Positions 12,701 through 24,700 of a stretch of 64,000 nt of DNA are shown here, in pieces. The notes beneath the pieces are model-generated. The model made no database searches. It was given only the letters and a program-made list of their open reading frames with translations, and was not told the origin of the DNA. Source of the stretch: Asterias rubens (Eukaryota); assembly GCF_902459465.1 (NCBI RefSeq), contig NC_047066.1:16244001-16308000 (forward strand), in the 5' to 3' direction. A program made the translations under genes and the position numbers. Positions within the stretch are counted from its first letter, which is position 1. Each line of letters opens with the position of its first letter.

Positions 12701-15700
12701 TGATGATCTACTTCGATTTGGAAACAGCTGGGTTTTGGATGAAGACCAATGTGATCCTACAATAGAGATGCCAGATCCGTGCGATGAGGGCACAGAACCA
12801 TACCGACAGGCTACTGATCTGTGCTTTGTACTCATCGATCAAAACGGTTTGTCAATTCATATTGAACATTCTCAATTTGAAAAGCCAAATTGAAACGAGT
12901 GTAATGAAATACTCAAGAGGTTTTTGAAAGTGTCTGAACAAAGCTTTTGTATTGGTTTTGTTTCTTTAGGTCCATTTGCATCATGCCATGATTTTGTTGA
13001 TCCTGTTGCGTATCATGAATCTTGTGTGTATGATCTTTGTGCTACACTTCCTGAAGATGGCGTGATCTGTTCCAGTCTTGAGACTTATGCAGATGTTTGC
13101 CGTCTTGCTGGAAGTATGGTTGGTGACTGGAGAGCAGTTAGAAAGCAATGTGGTATGTTAAGGCATTTTTTAAAAGTTTGTTTTCTTTTCTTGATATACA
13201 TGTAAACTGCGCCAATAAAGTATCTAAACACTTACAAATGGTCAGATATATCGGAACCTGAAACAGTATGCCAAAAATAATTATTCATTTCGAGTCACCG
13301 TTAATTTCTGCACATTTTGACACATCTTGTGTTGCGCTACGATGTTGTTTGGTGGATTTACGGGCACTTGAGTGGCTTAAGGTCGAATTTCAAAAGTTGC
13401 AAAATCCCCTATTCAAGCTAAATCGTTGTATTGTGACGAGTAAGATCGGCGTTTCTTTTGCCCGCCTTTTATAAATGATTTTTTTTGGTCGCGTTTTGGA
13501 TAAATCGGTTGTGATGAACATCAGCAATAATTGTCAGTAACCAAGCAAAGGGGTCAAAGATGGGAGGCATACAACAATGGTAAGCAAAGAAAGGTGTTTC
13601 AAGATAACAGGAAAGATGGCTCAAAAGACCAAACAGGAAAGAGGACGGACCGTTGGTTTGATAGAAGCCGGTACGTCGATGCGAGCTGCAGCTCATCAGG
13701 TGAAAACATCAGCAGCGACGGTCAGTAAATGGTGGAATCGCTACCAAGCTCAGGGAAATGTGGACGACCTGCCAAGGAGTGGCCGTCCGAGGGTGACTTC
13801 TGCAGCAGAAGAAGAAAGTGAACTCTCGCGGGGTTTGCGACGCATCCTGATCAGGAAATGGCAGGGGATTGACCAGGGACAGATCAGAGGTCTCATTGAG
13901 AGTATGAGAAGACGACTCCTTGCCGTTCAGGACAATGATGGAGGACACACCAAGAATGGAGGATAGGATAACAGCAGTTTTAAAGTTAAAGATACGGCAA
14001 TTAATTCCATGGTCATGTAAACGAAACGAGTTTGTGTCTTTTGTCTTGATTTTGTCTGAGTGTGACGCTTATGTGAGTTCCCTTTTGGAATTGGGGTGAA
14101 TAGGGGCTTTTGCAACTTTTGAAATTCGACCTTAAGCCACTCAAGTGTCCATAAATCCACCAAACAACATCGTAGCGCAACACAAGATGTGTCAAAACGT
14201 GCAGAAATTAACGGTGAATAGAAACGAACAATTACATTTTTGTATACTATTTCAGGTTCCGATAAATCTGACCATTTGTAAGTGTTTAGATACTTTATTG
14301 GCGCAGTTTAGCTTCCTCCTAGTATGTAGTTGTTTTTTCTTTTCATTCTCAACAGAACAACTTTGTCCAAAGTAGTTCAGATTAATTCTAGAATGATCCA
14401 GACGACATTCAATGCAAGAGCGATGGAAACTATGCTCTGTGAACAAATAACACTTTTATAGGATCTGAGGCATTGCATGGTGAGGTATCAAAAGTCTCCC
14501 GAACACCCGAGCAATCTACTCGCGGTAGTAGAATAAAGCAAGACAGTTCTCCAAGAACAAACTCTACCTGGCAAGTAGATACACACATGGTGTTACCGCA
14601 AACCAAGTCATATAAACAACAAGTTGCTATATCTTTGGTGAATCACGTTCCATCGTTTTAAAGTAGTTTTATTACAACCTACTCCATTTTATTTGTGAAT
14701 GTAGATTTGAATTGTCGGAGTGAGTTGGTTTATGACTCATGTGGTACATCTTGTCCTGCTACCTGCTTGGAACCTGAAGGATCTGATAATTGTGCAGATG
14801 ATTGTATTGAAACCTGCCGCTGTCCAGAAGGTCTGCTTCTTGAAGGAGATCACTGCATCCAACCTTCTGAATGTGGCTGCTTCTTAGAGGATGGATCATA
14901 CCTGGAAGTTAGTTTGAGATTCATTTCCATTTTTAGACAAGGATGACGGTTGAATTGTGTTTTATTTTTAGATTAATCAAACATTCAAATTAGTTTCTAG
15001 AGTGGAGTGGAGAACTTGCAGTTTGTGGTTAAAATTTGATCCCGATTTTCTCATTAACATCTACATGTATTACACTGGATTTTCTCGTAGCATCGCTCTT
15101 AATTCTTACACGATTTCTACAATCATAACTTCAATTTGTGATCAGACATTTCCTGCTGAAGAGTGTTTATTTTACTATTATGATGGTTTGGTTCTTTTCA
15201 CTATTAGAATGATGGAGTTTGGGTGTCTCATGACTGCTCTTTGAAATGTGTTTGTGGTGAAGCTGGAGATGTGATATGTACAAGTATGGAATGTCACGAG
15301 TCTGCACAATGTGCCATCAAGAACGGTGTTAGGGACTGTTACTGTAAGAGAGGTTTTATTGGAGATGGACTCAACTGCCAAGCAGGTAATAAATGAACAT
15401 GTTACAACCTAAACTAAATCCTGTAACTAATTTGTCACAGTTTGTTTCTATTCAGTCTTAATATGAAAAATGCTCCACACTGATTTAATATGTCTTCCTG
15501 TCTGAATACAGCTCCTGGTGTATGTACTGCATGGGGAGATCCACATTATGTCACTTTTGACGGTCTGAAGTATGACTTCCAAGGAGATTGTGATTACACT
15601 CTTGTCAGAGATTGCACAAACACTTCAGCTCTTGCATCCTTCCATGTGATGGCTAAGAATGTCAAAAACAAGCCTTCTGAACGTGTATCCTACACTCAAG

Positions 15701-18700
15701 AAGTTAGATTGGAGTTTGGAGGCACTTTGTATTCTCTACTAAGGGATGGAGAGGTTCGAATCAACGGTGTGACTGTAACATTACCCTCCATGCGTCTTGA
15801 TGGAGTCCATATCTACAATTCTGGTCGCAATGTGGTAAGACTTGTTGTTCCAAGTTTAATTGAAAGTTAAATATTTACAATATTTCTTTGGTTAAAAAGC
15901 CCTTTTTAATGAAAGATCATTTTGGCTTTTTGAAATTTGTCCTGATACCTTGTTTGATATTGCTTTGTTTCAGATTTTAACAACTGACTTCCAGTTGGAG
16001 ATTGTTTGGAATAAAAAGACAGACGTCATGGTGACAGTTCCTCAAGCCTACTGGAACAGAACTTGTGGTCTTTGTGGAACATTCAACGGAGACAAGCATG
16101 ATGATTTTATTCTACCAGATGGATCCCAGGTCAGTGACTAAATATAGAAATAGTTTTCATATCTGGATTGGCCTTATTTGTTTATAAAACCTAATGTACA
16201 TTAAACAGACTTCTTTCCTTTCTTTTATTTTAACTCAAACTCATTTATCATTATAGAGTGATGATCCACTTCAATTTGGAAACAGCTGGGTCTTGGATGA
16301 AGACCAATGTGATCCTACAATAGAGATGCCAGATCCGTGCAAGGAGGGCACAGAACCATTCCGACAGGCTACTGATCTGTGCTTTGTACTCATCGATCAA
16401 AACGGTTTGTCAATTCATATCAAACATTCTCATTTTTATAAAAGCCAAAATGAAACGAGTGTCATGAAATACTCGAGAGGTTTTTGAAATGTCTGAACAA
16501 AGCTTTTGTATTGATTTTGTTTCTTTTTACAATGTAGGTCCATTTGCATCATGCCATGATTTTGTTGATCCTGTTGCGTATCATGAATCTTGTGTATATG
16601 ATCTTTGTGCTACACTTCCTGACGATGATGTGATCTGTTCCAGTCTTGAGACTTATGCAGATGTTTGCCGTCTTGCTGGAAGTATGGTTGATGATTGGAG
16701 AGCAGTTAGAATGCAATGTGGTATGTTGAGGCGGTTTTTAAAAATGTTGTTTTCTTTTCTTGAAGAAGCTTCTTTTTTGTAGTGATTTTATTTAACTAAC
16801 TCTCAACAGAATGACTTTGTCCAAAGTTGTTCCGATTAATTCTAGAATGATCCAGACCACATTCAATGTAATAGCGATGGAAACTATGCTCTGTGAACAA
16901 ATAACCTCTTGTGATGGTGTTTTTTTTTCAATCACTTTCCTGGGATTGAATATCATTTTAAAGTAGTTTTATTACAAACTTTCTCCATTTTATTTGTGAA
17001 TGTAGATTTGAATTGTCGGAGTGAGTTGGTTTATGACTCATGTGGTACATCTTGTCCTGCTACCTGCCTGGAACCAGAAGGATCTGATAATTGTGCAGAT
17101 GATTGTATTGAAACCTGCCGCTGTCCAGAAGGTCTGCTTCTTGAAGGAGATCACTGCATCCAACCTTCTGAATGTGGCTGCTTCTTAGAGGATGGATCAT
17201 ACCTGGAAGTTAGTTTGAGATTCAATTCCATTTTTAGACAAGGATGACGGTTGAATTGTCTTTTATTTTTAATTTTGACAAACATTCAAACCAGTTTTTG
17301 GAGTTGAGTGGAGAGCTTGCAATTTGTGGTTAAAATGTGATCCCGATTTTGTCATTAATATCTATGACTAGAGATTTTCTTTTTGCATTACTCTTAATTT
17401 GTACCCAGTCGCTACAATCATAACTTCAATTGGTGATCAGACATTTCCTGCAGTAGAGTGTTTGTTTTACTATTATGATAGTTTCACTCTTTTCAATTAG
17501 AATGATGGAGTTTGGGTGTCTCCTGACTGCTCTTTGAAATGTGTTTGTGGTGAAGCTGGAGATGTGATATGTACAAGTATGGAATGTCACGAGTCTGCAC
17601 AATGTGCCATCAAGAACGGTGTTAGGGACTGTTACTGTAAGAGAGGTTTTATTGGAGATGGACTCAACTGCCAAGCAGGTAATAAATGAACATGTTACAA
17701 CCTAAACTAAATCCTGTAACTAATTTGTCACAGTTTGTTTGTATTCAGTCTTAATATGAAAAATGCTCCACACTGATTTAATATGTCTTCCTGTCTGAAT
17801 ACAGCTCCTGGTGTATGTACTGCATGGGGAGATCCACATTATGTCACTTTTGACGGTCTGAAGTACGACTTCCAAGGAGATTGTGATTACACTCTTGTCA
17901 GAGATTGCAGAAACACTTCAGCTCTTGCATCCTTCCATGTGATGGCTAAGAATGTCAAAAACAAGCCTTCTGAACGTGTATCCTACACTCAAGAAGTTAG
18001 ATTGGAGTTTGGAGGCACTTTGTATTCTCTACTAAGGGATGGAGAGGTTCGAATCAACGGTGTGACTGTAACATTACCCTCCATGCGTCTTGATGGAGTC
18101 CATATCTACAATTCTGGTCGCAATGTGGTAAGACTTGTTGTTCCAAGTTTAACTGAAAGTTAAATATTTACAATATTACTTTGGTTAAAAAGCCCTTTAA
18201 TAAAAGATCATTTTGGCTTTTTGAAATTTGTCCTGATACCTTGTTTGATATTGCTTTGTTTCAGATTTTAACAACTGACTTCCATTTGGAGATTGTTTGG
18301 AATAAAAAGACAGACGTCATGGTGACAGTTCCTCAAGCCTACTGGAACAGAACTTGTGGTCTTTGCGGAACATTCAACGGAGACAAGCATGATGATTTTA
18401 TTCTACCAGATGGATCCCTGGTTAGTGACTAAATAAAGAAATAGTTTTTATCACTGGATTGACCTTATTTGTTTAGAAATCTACATTAAACAGACTTCTT
18501 TCCTTTTTTTTTTTTTTAACTCAAATTCATTTATCATTATAGAGTGATGATCCACTTCAATTTGGAAACAGCTGGGCCTTGGATGAAGACCAATGTGATC
18601 CTACAATAGAGATGCCAGATCCGTGCGAGGAGGGCACAGATCCATTCCGACAGGCCACTGATCTGTGCTTTGTACTCATCGATCAAAACGGTTTGTCAAT

Positions 18701-21700
18701 TCATATTGAACATTCTCAACTTGATTATAACCAAATTGAAACAAGTGTAATGAAATACTCTAGAGGTTTTTGAAAGTGTCTGAACAAAGCTTTTGTATTG
18801 ATTTTGTTTCTTTAGGTCCATTTGCATCATGCCATGATTTTGTTGATCCTGATGCGTATCATGAATCTTGTGTGTATGATCTTTGTGCCACACTTCCTGA
18901 AGACGACGTGATCTGTTCCAGTCTTGAGACTTATGCAGATGTTTGCCGTCTTGCTGGAAGTATGGTTAATGACTGGAGAGCAGTTAGAACGCAATGTGGT
19001 ATGTTGAGGCGGTTTTTGAAAAGTTGTTTTCTTTACTTGAAGCAGTTTCCATCTAGTTTGTAGTGTTTTTTTACAAATTCTTAACAGAACAACTTTTTCC
19101 AAATTAGTTCAGATTAATTCTAGAATGTTCAAGACCACATTCAATGTAAGAGCAATGAAAAATATGCACTTTGAACAAACAACCTGCTTCGATATTTTTT
19201 CGACAATCACTTTCCTGAGATTAAACATCGTTTTAAAGTAGTTTTATTACAACCTTTCTCCATTTTATTTGTGAATGTAGAACTGAATTGTCGGAGTGAG
19301 TTGGTTTATGACTCATGTGGTACATCTTGTCCTGCTACCTGCCTGGAACCAGAAGGATCTGATAATTGTGCAGATGATTGTATTGAAACCTGCCGCTGTC
19401 CAGAAGGTCTGCTTCTTGAAGGAGATCACTGCATCCAACCTTCTGAATGTGGCTGCTTCTTAGAGGATGGATCTTATCTGGAAGTTAGTTTGAGATTCAA
19501 TTCCATTTTTAAACAAGGATGACGGTTGAATTGTCTTTTATTTTTTAGATTAATCAAACTTTTAAATAAGTTTCTAGAGTTGAGTGGAGAACTTGCAGTT
19601 TGTGGTTAAAATTTGATCCCGATTTTCTCATTAACATCTACATGTATTACACTGGATTTTCTCGTAGCATCGCTCTTAATTCTTACACGATTTCTACAAT
19701 CATAACTTCGATTGGTGATCAGACATTTCCTGCTGAAGAGTGTTTCTTTTACTATGATGATAGTTTCATTCTTTTCAATTAGAATGATGGAGTTTGGGTG
19801 TCTCCTGACTGCTCTTTGAAATGTGTTTGTGGTGAAGCTGGAGATGTGATATGTACAAGTATGGAATGTCACGAGTCTGCACAATGTGCCATCAAGAACG
19901 GTGTTAGGGACTGTTACTGTAAGAGAGGTTTTACTGGAGATGGACTCAACTGCCAAGCAGGTAATAAATGAACATGTTACAACCTAAAATAAATCCTGTA
20001 ACTAATTTGTCACAGTTTGTTTCTATTCAGTCTTAATATGTAAAATGCTCCACACTGATTTAATATGTCTTCCTGTCTGAATACAGCTCCTGGTGTATGT
20101 ACTGCATGGGGAGATCCACATTATGTCACTTTTGACGGTCTGAAGTACGACTTCCAAGGAGATTGTGATTACACTCTTGTCAGAGATTGCAGAAACACTT
20201 CAGCTCTTGCATCCTTCCATGTGATGGCTAAGAATGTCAAAAACAAGCCTTCTGAACGTGTATCCTACACTCAAGAAGTTAGATTGGAGTTTGGAGGCAC
20301 TTTGTATTCTCTACTAAGGGATGGAGAGGTTCGAATCAACGGTGTGACTGTAACATTACCCTCCATGCGTCTTGATGGAGTCCATATCTACAATTCTGGT
20401 CGCAATGTGGTAAGACTTGTTCAAGTTTAGTTGAAAGTGAGATATTTACGTTGTTTCTTTCGTAAAGTCACCTAAGAAGATCATGTTGGCTTTTTGATAT
20501 GTGTGTTGATAACTTGTTTGGTATTGCTTTGTTTCAGATTTTAACAACTGACTTCCAGTTGGAGATTGTTTGGAATAAAAAGACAGACGTCATGGTGACA
20601 GTTCCTCAAGCCTACTGGAACAGAACTTGTGGTCTTTGTGGAACATTCAACGGAGACAAGCATGATGATTTTATTCTACCAGATGGATCCCAGGTCAGTG
20701 ACTAAATATAGAAATAGTTTTCATATCTGGATTGGCCTTATTTGTTTATAAAACCTAATGTACATTAAACAGACTTCTTTCCTTTCTTTTATTTTAACTC
20801 AAACTCATTTATCATTATAGAGTGATGATCTATTTCGATTTGGAAACAGCTGGGTTTTGGATGAAGACCAATGTGATCCTACAATAGAGATGCCAGATCC
20901 GTGCGAGGAGGGCACAGAACCATTCCGACAGGCTACTGATCTGTGCTTTGTACTCATCGATCAAAACGGTTTGTCAATTCATATTGAACTTTCTCAATTT
21001 AAAAAGCCAAATTGAAACGAGTGTAATGAAATACTCAAGAGGTTTTTGAAAGTGTCTGAACAAAGCTTTTGTATTGGTTTGGTATCTTTAGGTCCATTTG
21101 CATCATGCCATGATTTTGTTGATCCTGTTGCGTATCATGAATCTTGTGTGTATGATCTTTGTGCTACACTTCCTGAAGATGACGTGATCTGTTCCAGTCT
21201 TGAGACTTATGCAGATGTTTGCCGTCTTGCTGGACAGAGGGTTGGTAACTGGAGAAGAGAGAGGCATCAGTGTGGTAAGTGAGGTTTTTTTCATGTTCCT
21301 TTTTTTGTACATTTGTCAATGAGAAGTACCTTATAAAAAAAAGTATCAGGATTCATGATTCAAGCGAGAAACTTTTGGGAAAGATGGAGGAGGGGGGTTG
21401 CAAAATCCAACTGGGATTCCAGGTGTGATTTTTCCTGGCAGGAATCCCGGTTGGATTTTCTATTGGATAGCTTTGAATAATTACTTCCTTATAAATATGT
21501 TGGTATTAAATTATTATTGCACCATAATACACTTATTTTATGCTGCAGCATGCACATCTTTAGTTTTAACTCGCAGCTTATTGTTTTATATTTTGAATTG
21601 TTATCCAATTTTAGAACTGAATTGTCGGAGTGAGTTGGTTTATGACTCATGTGGTACATCGTGTCCTGCTACCTGCCTGGAACCAGAAGGATCTGATAAC

Positions 21701-24700
21701 TGTGCAGATGATTGCATTGAAACCTGCCGCTGTCCAGAAGGTCTGCTTCTTGAAGGAGATCACTGCATCCAACCTTCTGAATGTGGCTGCTTCTTAGAGG
21801 ATGGATCATACCTGGAAGTTAGTTTGAGATTCATTTCCATTTTTAGACAAGGATGACGGTTGAATTGCCTTTTATTTTTAAGTTAATTAAACGTTCAAAT
21901 TAGTTTTTTGAGTGGAGTGGAGAACTTACAATTTGTGGCTAAAATTTGATCCGGATTTTGTCATTAATATCTATAACTCTAGATTTTCTTGTTGCATCAC
22001 TCTTAAGAAGAGTGCAGAAGAGTGTTTATTTTACTGTTATGATGGTTTGGTTCTTTTCACTATTAGAATGATGGAGTTTGGGTGTCTCATGACTGCTCTT
22101 TGAAATGTGTTTGTGGTGAAGCTGGAGATGTGATATGTACAAGTATGGAATGTCACGAGTCTGCACAATGTGCCATCAAGAACGGTGTTAGGGACTGTTA
22201 CTGTAAGAGAGGTTTTACTGGAGATGGACTCAACTGCCAAGCAGGTAATAAATGAACATGTTACAAAATAAACTAAATCCTGTAACTAATTTGTCACAGT
22301 TTGTTTCTATTCAGTCTTAATATGAAAAATGCTCCACACTGATTTAATATGTCTTCCTGTCTGAATACAGCTCCTGGTGTATGTACTGCATGGGGAGATC
22401 CACATTATGTCACTTTTGACGGTCTGAAGTATGACTTCCAAGGAGATTGTGATTACACTCTTGTCAGAGATTGCACAAACACTTCAGCTCTTGCATCCTT
22501 CCATGTGATGGCTAAGAATGTCAAAAACAAGCCTTCTGAACGTGTATCCTACACTCAAGAAGTTAGATTGGAGTTTGGAGGCACTTTGTATTCTCTACTA
22601 AGGGATGGAGAGGTTCGAATCAACGGTGTGACTGTAACATTACCCTCCATGCGTCTTGATGGAGTCCATATCTACAATTCTGGTCGCAATGTGGTAAGAC
22701 TTGTTGTTCAAATTTGGTAGAAGAAGAGAGGTTTTTATTCCTTGATTTAGACAATTTTGAATCATTATCCAAATGGAAGATGTTCAGTGCATACAGTGTA
22801 CAGTACATGAAATGTTGGGTTCTTTGTTCTGGTCCCAATTATTTTCATATCTTTAACAATTATACAGATTTTGTTTTTTTGATGCCTTCTGGTTTCAATC
22901 TTACCTGTTGATTTAATTGAGAACAAGTTTATAACAGTTTTTCATAATTTTGTGTTTTTCAGGTTTTACAGACTGACTTCGAGCTAGAGATTGTGTGGAA
23001 TGGTCAGCAAAATGTCATGGTGACAATTCCTGTAGCATACTGGAATAGAACCTGTGGTCTTTGTGGAACATTTGACGGAGACAAACATAATGACTTTGCT
23101 CTACAAGACGGATCGCTGGTAAGACAATTATATAATAGTAATAATAATTATAAGACAAAGTTCTTATAAAGCGCACATATCCTAGACACTAGGTCAAGGC
23201 GCTGAACAAATAGAGAATTAACAATCATTAAATTAATGGGCTCTGAATAGTTCAGAACAGTTCAGAAAAAATAATTTTTAATAGTTGACACTTATTTTTT
23301 TAGCCAGTATAATACTACTGAACATAAGCTTTTTTAATAATGTCTTTATTAACCTTTTTTACTTTTAGAGAGAGAGCGCTACTGACTTTGGAAACAGCTG
23401 GGTGTTGGATGAAGACCAATGTGATCCTACAATAGAGATGCCAGATCCGTGTGATGAGGGCACAGAACCATTCCGACAGGCTACTGATCTGTGCTATGTA
23501 CTCATCGATCAAAACGGTTTGTCAATTTATTTGTGGAAACTTATCATAACTGTGTAAATGTTTTGTAAAATTTGTGATATATTCCCAATTTTTCTTTTCA
23601 TATGTTGCAGGTCCTTTTGCATCATGCCATGATTTTGTTGATCCTGTTGCGTATCACGAGTCTTGTGTTTTTGATCTTTGTGCTACACTTCCTGAAGATG
23701 ACGTGATCTGTTCCAGTCTTGAGACTTATGCAGATGTTTGTCATCTTGCTGGACAGAGGGTTGGTAACTGGAGAAGAGAGAGGCATCAATGTGGTAAGTG
23801 AGGTTTTGTTCATGTTCCTTTTCTTTACCTTTTTCGTTAAGAAGTACCCGATTAAAAACAATTCTGTGATTCGGGATTCCGGCAAGAAAAAAATTGCCGG
23901 AAAATTTGGGGGGATTTTGCAGGATCCTGTTTGACAGGAGTCACGGCAGGATTTTGATAGGATTCTATCCTGGTTAATCCAACTTGAATCCTGTTTATAA
24001 CCAGTGACCCAATCAACCTGGTTAATCAAACTTGAATCCTGTTTATAACCAGTGACCCAATCAACCTGGTTAATCAAACTTGAATCCTGTTTATAACCAG
24101 TGACCCAATCAACCTGGTTAATCCAACTGGGATTCTGGTTATTCTAAAAGGAATCCTGGTTGATCCAACCGGAATCCTGGTTAAAACCAGTTGCCCAACC
24201 AATTGGGATTTGTTAAATGCATCCTTTTTCAGTTGAATTTTTCAGTTGTGTATTATCAGGTATGTACTGTAACTTTGCACTGGTATCTACAAAACAAGGT
24301 GCTCAAGGCGCTGAGTATATACAAACTTTCAGAAAGATACATGTAGGTTATTGCAGTGATGAATTCTGAGACCCAATTATTTAGCACCTTATAAGGGTTT
24401 ACAAGGTGCTACGGCGCATACAGCAGCCACAGCCAGGAACACCGGGGCGAACCCCTTCTCTTTTCTATAAGTGCACTGGGTTCTTTTACATGCGTTACAC
24501 AAGGGACCAACGGTTTTACGTCCCATCCGAAGGACGAAGCAATGGTTAAGTGTCTTGCTTAAGGACACAAGTGTCACGGCTGGGGATTCAAACCCACACT
24601 CTGCTGATCAGAACCCCAGAGTTTGAATTCGGTGCTCTTATCGCTCGGCTTTTCGATTGCTTTCAATAATTAACTTTCTTATAAATTTCTAGGTGTAAAA

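Noticed and set aside
650-23793. Positive selection among near-identical units
   Set aside because: Both synonymous and replacement differences occur and the counts are small. No excess is evident by eye, and a proper dN/dS test that accounts for conversion would be needed.
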